A model generated the notes under the pieces. The model was given only the letters and a program-made list of their open reading frames with translations. It had not been told where the DNA came from and searched no databases. From Hamiltosporidium tvaerminnensis FI-OER-3-3 (taxonomy: Eukaryota > Fungi > Microsporidia), in NCBI GenBank assembly GCA_022605425.2, contig CM061253.1, positions 186,001 through 250,000 on the forward strand: 64,000 nucleotides of DNA. The letters are read 5' to 3'. The translations under genes and the position numbers were made by a program. Shown here piece after piece: positions 1-14,401 of the stretch. Each line of letters opens with the position of its first letter. Position 1 is the first letter of the stretch.

Positions 1-81
1 ACATAATAAACCGATTTTTATAATTAAAATATTTAATTAAAATATTATTTTTTAATATTTTATTCAGGAACCGAGGCCCAG

Positions 82-2484
82 ATGTGTGTAGAAATGTATT
101 TTACGCGAATTTCAGAAAAAACTGCTTTGATAAAATGTCATTTAATATTTATGTTTCTCGTTTGCTTTCCTTTTCTGGTAAATTTAACAAAGATAGTGTT
201 TTTTCTTGTAAACGAAGAAAATCGAATTTCGAATCTAGATATTTCGCATTCACTGTTGGAAAAAGGCATTCTTTGCACCGATTTTATATATCCAATGAAT
301 GAAGAAGATAAATTTAGTGTTTTTAAAAATAATATTATATGTTTCCAATCAATATCAGAACAACCCAAATATTATATTCCAAAAATAGTAACAATACCTT
401 ATAATAAAAATGCTTTACTCCAGTCAAATGTTCTGAAAAAAAATTACGAATGCAACCGAACAGATATTAGAATTATTTTAAAGGATGTTTCTTATCAATC
501 TTTGCATATTTTTCTTAAATCAATAGAACATAGTGAGATTATTGTTAATAAACTTAGAATACAAGATTTTTTAGATATATTGATAATTATTTCTCTACTG
601 GATATAGAAAATAACAAAAAAATATCAGATTTTATCAAAGAATTATTTATAAATCTTATTTTTTCAATGAAAAACGAAACTATACCATTTGATTTTGAAA
701 AATATTATGACAGTCCGCATTTTGAGAAAATTAATAAATCAATGCTGATGAATCTATGGATACTTTTTATGAATATTATAACATTTAATGATAAAGCCAC
801 AGTGCGAACTACCGTTCGTTCAGAGTTATACACAATGAGTTTTAAATTTATTGATGTCTTATTTTCATCAAAGGTTTTACCTCCAAAAAGTTTAGGAACA
901 AAACTATATTTAAGATTAGACAAAACAAGCATTACACATATCTATAAGATAATAAATGTAGAGTATTTAATGAGAACATGGATTTTTCTACTCAAAATAT
1001 CAAATCTAGATATTCTTTATGTTATTTTCTTAGACCAAGAATCTTATGAGAAATCAGTCAAACTTTTTTCTAATATAACATGTAAAATAGAAAAGATTTA
1101 TGTGGTTTTTTTAGAAAGTTCTATAAAGTTGTTTTCAAACATAAATTTTTATATTCCTTGCAAAAGCTTAAAGGTATTCAAACTGAAATATGATTATTTC
1201 ACAACAGATGAAATAAAAAAGCTTTTAAAAATTTGCGATCCTTTACAATATATTACCATTAAAACAAAAAAATTGGATTATGAAAAATTAAATCTATTGG
1301 TAGATTTTTTTAAAAAAAATCCGGATAAATTCTGCAAGATTATATGTTGGATCTATGATATCTTGAACACAGATTCGGAATCACTATCGCACATCCCGAC
1401 TAATATTATATTTTATATCGATCAAATTAAAACAGGATCAAGTTATGAAAAAATACCTATAAAATATATGCCTTTTTTCCACAAACAACATTATTGTTAT
1501 AAACTAAAAGACAATGATGTTTTCCCAAATAATATTGTATTCTATGAATGCTCAAAGTTCATAGAAATAACATTAGATTTTACAGGCAGTTCAGTACCTT
1601 TTAAACTTAATAGTTCAATTTTTACATCAATGAGATACTTCAAAACCATAAAATATTTTTTTTTGGAAAATATCATAATTAGTGATGAATTGCTTTTGTA
1701 CGTTTTAGAATCAAATACAATTTTACTCTTAGTTGTTCAAAAATTTTGTATCGCTTCTAATTTAAAATTTCTTTCGAGAAATGATAAATTGATTAATCAA
1801 AGTGTAAACAATATTGTTTTAAAAGATTCATTATCGAATATTAATTGTAGTGTTTTTGATTATTTGAGTAGATTTAGACATTGTATCGGATTTAAACTTG
1901 TAAATGTATACGTTGATTATAGAGTTTCTTGTCTAAAAAATTTATACAATTTTTTTTTAAGTTCTTCTACCATAGAGTATGACAAAATATATATGGAAGC
2001 TTTTGCTTTCGAAACAGAAATAAATGATGATAGAAACACAAGTTTTTTGCAATTTTTTTCTATAATATATGATTTTTCAAAGCTTTATAAAATTTTATAT
2101 CGTGTGTATAGAATTTCAGAAACAGAATTTCGCTTTTTTAGTGAAATGAGATGCTTGAAAAATGTTCATATCGAAATTCGCAATCGAACTGACTGTATCG
2201 ATTTTCAAAGACTATTTTGTAATTTCGGTATTGAAAGAACTATTCTACATTTTGATATCAGTGTTTATAGAATTCATAAGAATACAATAGAATTTTTTAA
2301 AAAAATAAAAAATTTGATGATTCTTCGTATTTTCACTCAAACCATCGACATCGATATTATTAAGACAATCAAAAAAAACGATTTTAGAAAAACCTTTTTT
2401 AGATTTAAGCAACCTACACGAGAACACAGACCTATCGAAGTAAACAATTATCTTGATTCTGAATTTGAAACGTCTTATCCTTAG
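82..2484 (+). CDS. Lineage-specific large (~780-800 aa) LRR-like protein with N-terminal hydrophobic/signal segment; member of an expanded family
   Basis: Intact 800-aa ORF with CCC just upstream of the first ATG. Repeated LxxLxL-like motifs (SLKVFKLK, PLQYITIK, CLKNVHIE, NLMILRIF). Collinear with the paralogue at 10604-12948. The ATG at 151 (M24) is the one conserved in the paralogue and may be the true start. Confidence 0.85.
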   Translation: MCVEMYFTRISEKTALIKCHLIFMFLVCFPFLVNLTKIVFFLVNEENRISNLDISHSLLEKGILCTDFIYPMNEEDKFSVFKNNIICFQSISEQPKYYIPKIVTIPYNKNALLQSNVLKKNYECNRTDIRIILKDVSYQSLHIFLKSIEHSEIIVNKLRIQDFLDILIIISLLDIENNKKISDFIKELFINLIFSMKNETIPFDFEKYYDSPHFEKINKSMLMNLWILFMNIITFNDKATVRTTVRSELYTMSFKFIDVLFSSKVLPPKSLGTKLYLRLDKTSITHIYKIINVEYLMRTWIFLLKISNLDILYVIFLDQESYEKSVKLFSNITCKIEKIYVVFLESSIKLFSNINFYIPCKSLKVFKLKYDYFTTDEIKKLLKICDPLQYITIKTKKLDYEKLNLLVDFFKKNPDKFCKIICWIYDILNTDSESLSHIPTNIIFYIDQIKTGSSYEKIPIKYMPFFHKQHYCYKLKDNDVFPNNIVFYECSKFIEITLDFTGSSVPFKLNSSIFTSMRYFKTIKYFFLENIIISDELLLYVLESNTILLLVVQKFCIASNLKFLSRNDKLINQSVNNIVLKDSLSNINCSVFDYLSRFRHCIGFKLVNVYVDYRVSCLKNLYNFFLSSSTIEYDKIYMEAFAFETEINDDRNTSFLQFFSIIYDFSKLYKILYRVYRISETEFRFFSEMRCLKNVHIEIRNRTDCIDFQRLFCNFGIERTILHFDISVYRIHKNTIEFFKKIKNLMILRIFTQTIDIDIIKTIKKNDFRKTFFRFKQPTREHRPIEVNNYLDSEFETSYP

Positions 2485-5400
2485 AATTTTAAATGTTTTT
2501 ATCTGAGCTTAAAAATATATTTATGATGCGTGTATTGATTGTTGTACTTTTTCTTGAAACGTTCAACTAGTTACAGAATATTTAGGTTTTAATCTATATT
2601 TAATATGCTGATATAACCATCTGAAACATTTTTTGTAATCCATAGATATATTATTCAAAGATAACGGATAAATCAATATAATTAAATATATTTTCGTAAT
2701 CTAAGTAGTTTAAACCCTTTTCTTATTATTTTCTTATGTTTATTATATATTTGATTAGATCTATTGATACATCGTATATATGGATTTAAGTTTTTGATCA
2801 TAGAGAGCCAAAGAATATTTGAAGGAATATTTCTTAAATTTTATAAAAAGAATTTTCCCCGAAATGAAAAGAACTTATACAGAGGTTTGGTAAGGATCGA
2901 TAGATAATTAATCGTAAATGTAAATTAAAAGATTTAATAGCATTTTTCAATATTTTAAAAACCATGTCGAGTAGTTAGTGATATAAAAATATTTATTTAA
3001 AATATTTAATCGAATTTCGAAAGATTTTTTTACAGAATATTTTTTTAAAGCGATAAAACAGCGATATATGCACTATAAATATATTATTCTAATGAAAAAT
3101 AAAAAAAAAACTGATTACATATAAGTTATACAAAAATGATAAGCATTGTGTTAACAAACTAGCGAACCAATGATGCGTTTCTTTAATTTTTTTCAGAGCC
3201 GTACATTTTTTCTGAAAAAAAATATGTATAATTTACTTTTTTCTTGATATTTTTGCAAATAACTGATTTGATTTGTAAGTTTCTACTATTATGAGAACCG
3301 TTCTAAAACATTTTCCTCGCATTAAAAAATTCTTACAGTAATTCCATTCATTTCAAAAACTAAATAGGTTGTAATTACTTCTTTATATCCTAAAATTAGA
3401 CATAAAGATATAAATCTATTTTTTTCTTTATTTGCAGATGTAAGTTGCTAGATTAATATACCGAAAAAACCCAATTAGCTTTATAATTTATGGTTTTATC
3501 TAAATTACTCATTATAAGTCAAAAAGTATTCTGATGTATGATTAAAAGCAATCTTTGATTTCTTAAACAATTTTATTAAAATAAAAAAACATTATCTTAG
3601 TTTTTTAAACTATAGACTGTTCTATTGAATAAATTTTAAACAAAGACGAATACTATTTTGCATCTTTGAAGAGTTTCGAGCTTTTCGAGGCCTTTTTTTC
3701 GATTCAAAGTATATAATAATAAAAATAATAATAGAACTTTGGTATCACCCAGGAATAAGTATAATCCATTTCTATAGATAATTTCAAATACGAGGTATGA
3801 TTTAATAAGGTATGAGCATTGTATGAAAGGTATCAATGATAAACACATATTTGACAAATGAAAATACGATTTCGAAATTTCAATTTGAAGGTTTTATCCA
3901 AAATATATTTTGAACAAAAGTTTTCGTTTAAATAGCAAAACGAATATTAAAGAATCTAACCTGAAAAACTATTGAAGAAAATTTTTATATTGATGATTGG
4001 TAAATATAGAGTAAATGAGAGTATAATAGTGTATCTAAATAAATAGTCTCTCTATGTTATTCGGATTTTAATTTAATTTTGATGTTCAAGACTTTTGATT
4101 CGAGTATATGTATTTATCTTGTAAAATATCTCTTGATTCTCGGGATGTATCGAGAAATAACAAAAGGCTAGTAGAAGAAATCTTCATATGATTTCGAATC
4201 CGTTACAGGAGAAAAATAAATACGAAATATAAAAAATTTTATAAAAATTCTTTATTAGCAAGACTTTCTATTTGTGTTTGCACTAATTTAGAAGCATAGG
4301 CTTGGCAACGATTGGATGAATTTGGTTTGAAACAATAGTTTATATTTTTAGTGGAATGAAAAAGGACCAACATTTTCGGTTGTTCGAAACGAATTCATTA
4401 CAATAATTTAAGATCTACAAATAAAGACGGTTTTACTTAAATATGTTTGTAGCTCTTTAGCCTCTTCATGTACACCTAGTCCGAGTCTGTTCATACTTCG
4501 AGTTTAAAAGCATAGAAACCTGGCATTTTGTGTCAAATTTTGAAATCTATGCCCATGTGTCATCAACAATTGTATGCTTTAAAACGATCAAATCTAAGAG
4601 AAGGTTATACCGATTAGGTTGTAACAACTTCATAGTGACTCCCAGTTTAAGCGAAAGGAATAAATTTTAGACAGAAGTATTTTCGGTTCTGAAATTTCAG
4701 ATTTAATATGAATGGGCTAGTGTTTAGTGAGCCACATATAAGGTTTGACACACCATCGAACCTAGCGAAAAAAATATTAAAAGAATTTGGTAGCGTGGCC
4801 GGCCAGAAAATGACTTCTGCAATCCTTTAGTTGGAAACTTTGCAATTTATAGGCATCTTATGTGAAATTTCTTTAATTTAGGAGTAACAAATTTTTATTT
4901 TACACTCAGAAATGCAATAAAACCAGTAAATAAAGAGTTAAATATGTGTTTTTTTTTTAAAAAAAACAAAATATTTTTTGAATAAATATTTAAGCTTAAC
5001 TTTGACTAAAGTTCTGTTTTTTTGTTTCTATTTTTATTTTTAAAAAAGAGATTCTTTGCTTCGAAGAGAGCAAATTTATTTTTGAAGATAATTAAATCTT
5101 ACTAATATAGATTAGAGGTTTTAAACCATCAAGTGAAGAAAATTTACGTTTAATGAGAATCGAAAATTAAAAAGTTGGTTTTACAAATAGGTCGTAATAT
5201 ATATCAAAAATACAAGACAGATGTTAACAAAATGCATCAAAGTATCCTCAGTGGATAAAATTAAAGTTACAGTGTAAGGTTTAATCTCATAATAAAAATC
5301 TAACTATCTGGTTGAGGTGCAATGTCTTTATAAGTCTTGAAAAAACTTTCAGCTTGAACGAGAACGAACATAACTATTCTATAAATTTTACAAATTGTGT

Positions 5401-7649
5401 TTTAATCGTAAAGATACAAGTCAGAAAATAACTGTAAATTATTGATACTAAAAATTCTGAAGAATCTTATCGATGTGCGGAAAAACTTAATATATAAAGA
5501 CAGCTATGGCTAATTTTACAACCAATAGATCTAAAATTGTTTTTTTTATTGTTTTATTTGTTAGTAAATCAAGCTTAAACTCTTAAAATTTTTTTTCTAA
5601 ACTTGTATTTGATATTCAACAAAAGTAATGAAAAATCTATATAAAACAGACGAGTAAGCAAACATATTACAATTAGAACATCATTCTATTACGGAAAGAT
5701 AAAGGCCTCAATAAAATCAAAGAAAAATTTACTGAATCAATTTAGAATTTTACGCAAATTTGTAATAAATCCGAGAATATCTAGTTAAACATAAAGATCG
5801 AACATTTAATACACCGGGCCTGCTATAACCAGACTTGAAGAAGAGCAATCGAAAAAAGTCGGTTGTGGTATTTAGAAGTCATATTGTCAAAAACACATTC
5901 AAATACAAACTAACTTAAACCTATGAAGAATTTTATACATCCTTACTATAAGATATTTAGAATCACTGTTCAAAACATAGATGATCTTTTGAAACAATTA
6001 ATTTATTAAATAAGCGTATAAAACAACTTTAATCGATTTTATAAGATTTTCGTCAAATATCAAAATTTATGATTCTTACGAAATATAAATCGTAAGTACA
6101 TTTCTGAGAATAAAATTATATCCGGATGATCTGATCTAGTTTAAATTATTGTGAGAGCAATCAAAAGACAAAAAAAACAAAATTTTTTACTTTTATCAAG
6201 AAAAGCCTTAAAAAATTATTGATAATATAAATAGGATAACCTTTTAGTAGAGGCTGGCAGGAGAGTAGAATAATTTCAAAAAATCACATTCAAAAGTTCA
6301 ATTATAACAAAAATTTCGGCTTAACAACAATACGATAATTTAAAGATTTTTTTTAAAATACACCTCTTTGTCCTCAAGAATAGTATTTTCTATGTTTCTT
6401 ATACTTTTATACTTTGATATTTTTTTTCTGCTTAGTCGTATTCAATTGCTTTTGAAAAATAGAAATATTAGAAGCGACAATAAACTGGTTTAAGAGAGTA
6501 TTAGAACAAACAAATAAGTAAAAATGAAATATATTAAACTTATGGTTCATTAGGAAGTTTCCATATGAAAATTTTTTGGGGAATAGATTTGTCATTAAAC
6601 ATTTAATTGTAATAATTACATTTTTATTTCTAGAAAAAGTAAATTATATTAGTAGAAATATGGTTTTTAAACTCCAGAAGAATCTAGGTAAACACAAACT
6701 CAAATTAAAATTTAGGAGGAATAACATGAACATATAGAATGATTCTATTGAAACAAAGGTTTAATACTTCAAAAACAAATCACTGTCAATATTTATAGTT
6801 GCATATAAAAATGGTTTCTTTCAAAAGCTTATTAGGATGCAAGTTATTTAAAAAACAATTTAGGATACGATGCTTACCATAAATTTAATAAAGAAAATAA
6901 AAAATTCGTTTTTTTAGAAAGTTTAGAAAATATTTCAAAACTAATAAAATGTTAAAAAAAATTATAATTTGCAAAACCATAACTGAATAGATATCTACGA
7001 ATGTGAAATGTAAAAACCAATTATTTTTGATAAATGACTATCTATAATAAAGGTGTATAGATAATGGAACTCAATGGAATTGTATTTAAATTTAAAATTT
7101 CTTTGGTTTAAAATTTTGGAATATAAAATGTAATTTTGAATATTAAATATCTTAAGAGAAAATATCCTTTGAGAAAATATCTACTGAATTATTTTATAAA
7201 TATTAAAATCAAATTTGTTGTCTTAGTATTTTTACTATATAGTATATTCTATATGTTGCAGTACATGGTACTATACATAGCAAGAATATGTAATTTATGA
7301 AGATTGATTCGTTATTTATAAATCTAATTCTTTTAAGTTTCAACCAATAATAATTCATTTATCTGCTTAAATTTAGTTTTTTTCTATTTTAAGAGCCATT
7401 TGCAAATAAAAAAACCAAAATTATCTTTACTCGCGTATAATTATATTCATTGGAGAAAATAAAGAAAAATACAAAGTTTACGTTCCTTATTTATTATTTG
7501 TATCCCATATTTTATTAAGAGTTTCAAAAATCAAAATAAAAATTCTTAAAAGAAATATATAACTTGAATATATATTTGCAGAATGTAGTGCATACGTGAA
7601 GTACTGATCCTTTTCCGAAAAATAGCAAGTAGCGATTTATTTTTTTAGT

Positions 7650-9100
7650 AAACGGATAAAATAGTATTCTTTAATTTTGCGACATTTTTTATAGATACCG
7701 TTGATGTCTTTGTTATTCGTGTGAATCGAGGGCAAAGTTATGCCATAAAATGACACATTTAAAAAATATTCTTCAGTTATGTTTAAACATGTTTAATTGT
7801 TTCTTACGATATGATATAGATGCTTCATTATAAAGCTTACTTCCACATCACGACTCTCCACTACCACAAGATTCTATATATAAATCTCTAGATTTCTGAC
7901 TCAGCTAGTGTTATATATAGTTCGATGCCTAAACGATCTATATTTTCTAAGATCTACGCATATATCGCTGTCAAATCTTTCTAATTTCTTCTCTAAGTAA
8001 ATAAAGCGTGGATTTCTGTGTCACTTACAGCAAATTCATATTTTATTCTGATATTTTAAAAATCCCTGACAAAAAATTCATCTAGCTCGCTGTCGCCGTT
8101 TCCCTCTTCATGCTTTTATAAGCAAATTTTATGTTCTTCAGATAGATGAGAGAATAAGCTTCTGCTTGAACTCTTTTTGTGAGATTTTTTTAAAAGTTCT
8201 GACTTTTAGAGGAAAAGCTTAACAGTTGGTTCGCGAGATTCTTAAACTGTCTGTGCGATTAAATTTTGTATTTATATTATAGAATATTTAAGTAAGATAG
8301 AGTTCAGAGAAATTGATTTCGAGCTCTTTTAAATAAGGTTTCAGCTTTCTGTATTTCTTTAAAGACAAGCCTAATGAAGAAGTGTATTTTTTTGGCGATT
8401 CAACTCGAATTGTGTGATCCACATTCGTAAAATAAGTCTAAAGATATATTTTTTAAATCAGATTCTTTTTGTTGTCTTTTATAACCGATAGAAATTTCTT
8501 GTTTTTCAGTTTAGAACTTATAGATTTAAGGTTATATAGCCAAAGCAACCCATGATAAAATCTCTCGGTTTCCCAAAAAAAACTAGAAAGATGCGATTTG
8601 CTAACACTCTGAAAACAAAGGACTCGTTTTATTTCTAGGACATTTTTTATTTTTTTCCAAAACAGTCTTTTTCCATTTATATGCACAACTAGGTTATTAC
8701 AACTCGTAATCTTTTAAAATTCTTGGTAAACCACTGTCAACGTGATTTTTCTGTATGCTAATCCTAAAAAACAGTATCTGTAAAAAACATCCACTATAGT
8801 TTGGTCTTTTTCTTGAGCTTCTCATAATAATCTTGTGTTCGGGGAATCTAGCAAGTGTCGAAGCTAAAGATTGTGATTAAAAAACCTCTGTTGTAAACGA
8901 CATATAAAGCAAATCGTTTAAATTACCACATCATTTTAAGGTTTATTCTTCGGATACTTCCTGCAAGTAAACAGCTTTTTTTGCCACATTTCATTATCAA
9001 CTGATTAATTTTATTACTATGTCTTCTTACTTAATATAAATAAAAAGTATCTGTGGCACACATATTTATTTTTATAATATAACCAAGACAGGACTCCTTC
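7650..9100 (-). mobile_element. Heavily decayed N-terminal part of a non-LTR retrotransposon
   Basis: Broken minus-strand frames (e.g. KISQKEFKQKLIL..., VVESRDVEVSFIMKHLYH, FYGIT...GIYKNVAK) resemble the region leading into the RT domain of microsporidian LINEs. Many stops and frameshifts; boundaries approximate. Confidence 0.4.
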
Positions 9101-10603
9101 AAGTCAAAATTTGTAACTTTGTAGAATTTTTTAGTATAACTTTATCTAAAGGTTTTTAGTTTTGCTATAAATAAAGATTATTAACAGTGAAAGTTTATTG
9201 CCAGAAACCATTCAGAAGAAAGTTCTGTATAATAGAAATCATAGGCTTGGATTAATTTCTCAGAAATCGAAAACTGTTAGAAAAAAATGCAGTGCTTATT
9301 TTGTGACACAAAGTAGAAGCCGATATGATAACAACTGAAGTCTAGGGAAGCGACTTTTTTCATTTATTTTTGAGTAGGTCCCATTACGAAAAATTTCTAT
9401 AAAGCAAAACTGACATAATTTGTAGCAATAAAAAGTGAGTATTTACTGTAATAGCGTTTTAAGATTTATAACAAGATTTATAATCATTTCTCAATACCTT
9501 AAATAGAATTGAACACAAGTTAATGTGGTTTAAGAGTCCAAAAAGATTAGCCATATGTACTTTAAAAGCCATTACACCTTATACCCATATACCCATATAC
9601 CTAAGTTCACCAACCAATGATAGAATATCTAGAAACAAATACCGAAAAAATACGCCCAAAGAATCGATCGGATTCTATAGTCCAAGCATTAACTCACAAT
9701 ATAGAACACATTTTACATGTATATCTTGGATTTAATAAACAAGAAAAGGTTTAATACAAAATGATCTTATACAATTGAATTTTATTTACTATCATTGGTT
9801 TTTATTTAGAAGTTACATATTTAGAATAAATAAATGATTAATATCTCTTAATGTGCTATAGTTCGATATTTTTTTATCTGTAACTGGATACACGGGCTTT
9901 ATAATTCGCTAGCCATGCATATCTTTTTATTCGCAGGAGACAAAAATACTGCATACTTAATATTCAATTAATTAGTACAATGCAATTTTGTAAAATATTA
10001 TAATCTTTTCTATTGGTTTATACATCGAATATGTAGGAAGACCAAGTATTATTCATATATTTGCTCATATATTTTGAATTTTTCTGGTTTCAAACACTTT
10101 AACTTAAAAATATCATAGCCCAATATAAATTTTTGTTCGATTTTATTGTGTTTTCCGATATTTGTGCTTTATTTATCGAAGTATCATACTTTTTAATTAA
10201 AAGCCATAGAAATAGTTATAGTACTCTTTATTTTTATCTTTTCTGGTTTAGATAAAGTGTAAAAGAATAAAAATATATATTAAAATGGTTTTTTTTTACC
10301 AATTTTTTAGATGTTATTTAAATACCTTTGATTTGTTAAATATCGGTCGATTTTGTTTTAAACAATCTGAAATACTTAAGGAAGCAATAAATGCTTAAAA
10401 AAACAAATACTACACATACTTTCATGATATCTTAAAACAAAATTTAGATTTCCTTTAATTTAATAATTAATTAATCGATTAAATTAAATTTTTTTTTGAT
10501 TTGAATTTTTTAAATATAGCAAGAGGACAATACGACCCATTGGTTTATATAATTGTATTTCACGCATACCTTAGAAACACTAGTCTTTATAAAGGTTAGA
10601 TTT

Positions 10604-12948
10604 ATGTTTAGTTTTAGTATCTGCTTTTATTTTTCGCAATATTTGACCACTGTAAAGTTTTTTGTTATAAACGAAGAAAATCGCTTATTTAATTTTAATA
10701 TAAGCAATTTATCTTTGGAAACCGATATTCCCGAATACGATTATTTAGATCCTTCGAAGCAAGAAGATAAAATTACTATTTTTAAAAATAATATTTTGTG
10801 TTGTAAGTCTAGAAATAACGAATCTGAATACTACATTCCAAGTATATGTAAGATACCTTACAAAAAAAGATTTTACTAAATTCAAAGCTGCTAAGAATCT
10901 TATTTGAATCAAAACAGACTGATATTTTGATAGTTCTAAGAGATATATCTTATAATTCATTGCTTCTCTTTCTAAAATTAATGGATAATCGAGATAATAT
11001 TGCTAATAAAATTAAAATACAAGATTTTTTAGATATTTTGTTAATTATTTCTATATTAGATATAGAAAAATCAAAGGAAAGGAATAAATTTATAAAAGCA
11101 CTATTGATACATTTCATTATAGAAATGCCAAATTTGAAGCAGACTTTTGTTTTTGATAAATATTATGACAGTTATCACGATAAAAATATAAGAAGAAATA
11201 TTCTTATGGATTTATGGATATTTCTTCTGGATATTATAACGTTCGATGATAAAGTTATATCAGGGTATATATTACATACCAAAAAGAAACTTCTTATAGA
11301 TTTTGAAAGACCTATGATAGATCTTTCGACCAATATTCTTTTTTTAAAATATTTTCCAAGCAAAATTTGTTTAAGATTAGACAGAAGTAGCCTCAAAAGT
11401 TTATCAAAAATCCTTCATTTTGAATATTTGGGACATTTTTGGACATTTGTATCTAATATAATTAAATTTTATAAACTCAAATTAAGTTTTTCGTATGAAG
11501 CAACTGATAAAAAAATAATCGATCTTCTTTTAACAATAAATTTTCGAACAAAAAAGCTCGAACTTTCTTTTGAAGAAAATCCAATGAAGTTATTAGAAAA
11601 TAAAGATTTATTTATTTGTACAAAAAGTTTAAAAACATTGAAACTCACTTGTGTTTTCACGACTGAAGAATTAAAAATATTTTTAGAACATTGCAGCAAT
11701 CTTCAGCGGTTGAAAATCTTTACCGATTTATTAGATTTTGAACAACTATCACTGCTAATCGATTTCTCTAATAAAAATCCAAAAGTTTTTAGCAAAATTT
11801 TTTGTGTAGCTTTTGATTCAGTCAACATTGATCCCTGTTTAGTTAAGCCCATTCCCGAAAATATTGTAATCTATCTTGAAAATATCCAAATAGAATCAAA
11901 TTTTTTAGAAGTTCCTACAATATACAAGCCATTATTTATCGAATATTTTTATCGATATAAATACACAAAAAATTCAATATTTTTAACTGATGCGGTATCT
12001 TTTGATATTTCGAAATCTAAACACGTTACACTCAATTTTGACCTTTATAATTCTCCTTTTGAACTTGATACATTCATTTTTACATTACTGAGATGCTTTA
12101 CTTCTATTCAGTATTTCTTTTTACAAAATATTGTTATTAGTAATGAGTTTATGTCTTATGTTTTAGAATCAAATTCGATTACCCAACTGATAATCAACAA
12201 GTTTGTTTGTGCTGTAAATTTTAAATGCGATGCAAGCAAGAATACAATTTATAATCAAAAACTAAAATATATTTATTTAGAAGATTCTTTATCATATATC
12301 AGTATGGATATTCTAATCTATTTGCAAAGATTCAAAGGCGTAATTGGTTTAAAATTAATTAAAGTGGATATCGAATCTACAGAAATTGACTTAAATAGTT
12401 TATTAGATCCTTTACAAAAAGAAGAAGATAAAATATATTTGACAAATTTAGAAGTAAAAACCTATTCAAAATACGCGAAAGACTCAAATTTTTTACACTT
12501 CATTTCCGTAGCATATAACCTTTCTAAGCTTAATGAGATTTCATATCATGTTTATAATATTACTGAGACAGATTATTTTTACTTCAGTAAAATGAATTGT
12601 CTTAAAGATGTATTTATCAGCATTCATGATAAGACAAATATTTTTATTTTTTGTAAACTATTTTCAAATTGTAATTCAATTCACAATATTTCTGATTTAA
12701 ATATAGAAATCAGTAAAATTACCAAAAAAAACATTCAGTTTTTATTTAAAATAAAAAATCTTCAAATGCTTCGTATTTCATGTGATGAGATTAATTATGA
12801 AACAATTAAATGCTTTAAAAAAAAATATTTCAAAAACGTATATTTTAAAATCGAAAATCCTAACAGAAAAAAAAGATCAGATAAAATAAAACATTATCTA
12901 GATCTAGAATTTTCCACCAATGTTTCTCGAATTCCCGACTACTACTAA
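10604..12948 (+). CDS. Paralogue of 82..2484, interrupted by a 1-nt frameshift in an A7 run at ~10862-10868 (assembly error or young pseudogene)
   Basis: ORF 10553..10879 matches the N-terminus of gene 1 (FFVINEENR, EDKITIFKNNILC, YYIP..IPY) and ORF 10927..12948 matches the rest (IQDFLDILLIISILDIE, YVLESN, LRI). One extra A gives the continuous PYKKKILLNSKLLRILFESKQTDILIVLRD, aligning to PYNKNALLQSNVLKKNYECNRTDIRIILKD. The first in-frame ATG is at 10604. Confidence 0.85.
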
Positions 12949-13544
12949 AAATTAAAAAAAACTTTTTATATATTTCAAATCTAATAATATATTTCTATCT
13001 TTATTTAATAGAAAGAAGATTACAACATAAAAAACCATCTGCTTGATACTTAAAAATAAGGTGAAGAGCATTTTAAGATTCTTGGTAGGAATATAAATCC
13101 ATTAAATTTAGACTTGTTAAATGCGAGTTTACATTACAAAAAGAAAGTCTATAAAATGGCGAAAATTTCCTGGAAAATTTTTTCTTTGCCTTTTTTGTAT
13201 AACTGAAATGGCAGATATAAACCCTAAATCTAGATAATTGCTATTTAAAAGCATAGAACTACTTTCTTCCCCTAGTTAAAAGACTTAAGACCATGAGAAT
13301 AGAAAAACAAACCATTTAATCCTATAAAAGCTAGTTTGCAAACCAAACCTTTTATATGACATTGTACTATCTATGTAAGCCCCATTTAAGCCACTGTAAA
13401 GTATCTTAGCTATAATCTTATTTAATTTGAAAAGTATAAAGAAACCCCTATCAACTCTTCATTGAGTTAAGAAAATCACTTTTTAAAATTTAGAACTGAG
13501 TTAATGTCATAAAAACAAATATAACAATGCCACTATTTTTAAAA

Positions 13545-13770
13545 TATACTATATCTAATCCTTATTAGAGATATAAAGCATAAATAATAATTAAATATTT
13601 AATTATCAAATATCTTAATTTATCTAATACCTTATTATAATACTATATCTAATACCTTATTAGAGATATAAAGCTTAGAAGATAATTAAATATTAGAGAT
13701 ATAATACCTTATTATAATACTATATCTAATACCTTATTAGAGATATAAAGCTTAGAAGATAATTAAGTAA
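13545..13770. repeat. Imperfect local tandem duplications (tactatatctaataccttattagagatataaagc)
   Basis: Three copies of the core are visible. Confidence 0.75.
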
Positions 13771-14401
13771 TAACACACCATTAACAATAAATATATATTT
13801 TAATAAATAAAACATTCTAATCAGATATAAATCAATAAAAAGAAAATAACTTATAACTTATATTAAAGTGTTATAAAATAAAAAAAGTAAAGTGTTATAA
13901 AATAAAAAAAGGTGTTTATAAATCTTTAAGTAAAAAAAACAGATTAATTTAATTTATTTAACCGTTTGGCTGCTAAGCAATTATTGCAAGAACGCACGAA
14001 AACTGCGGGACTTATTTTCAATTGATGTTGTCAATTTTTTTTTTTATATATATATATTGTTTCGCACAACTACAATGTAACAAGTGTTATTGATAACATA
14101 GAAAAAGAAGTGGTCGTTAAAAATTAAAATTTATAAAAAGATAACTTAATCGCTAGCAATCGAATCAACGTCCGAAATAATAGTCCGTGACATGGTTATA
14201 TTTTTTAAATAATATAATTTAATAATTAATTAATTTAATAAGTAATATATCTTAATATAATATAATATAATATATCAAATATAAGTAATATATCAAATAT
14301 AAGTAATATACTCCTACTTACTATACTACCTCAGTATAACTTAAGACTCCCTGTTATTAAAGCTGCTTCTCTCTCCCTTCTACTCCCACTACTATACTAC
14401 C

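Noticed and set aside
2600-7600. Short ORFs 3636..3857 and 6407..6595 and a GC-richer patch at ~4250-4860
   Set aside because: No recognisable domain, or non-ATG starts; possibly old decayed sequence but unsupported.
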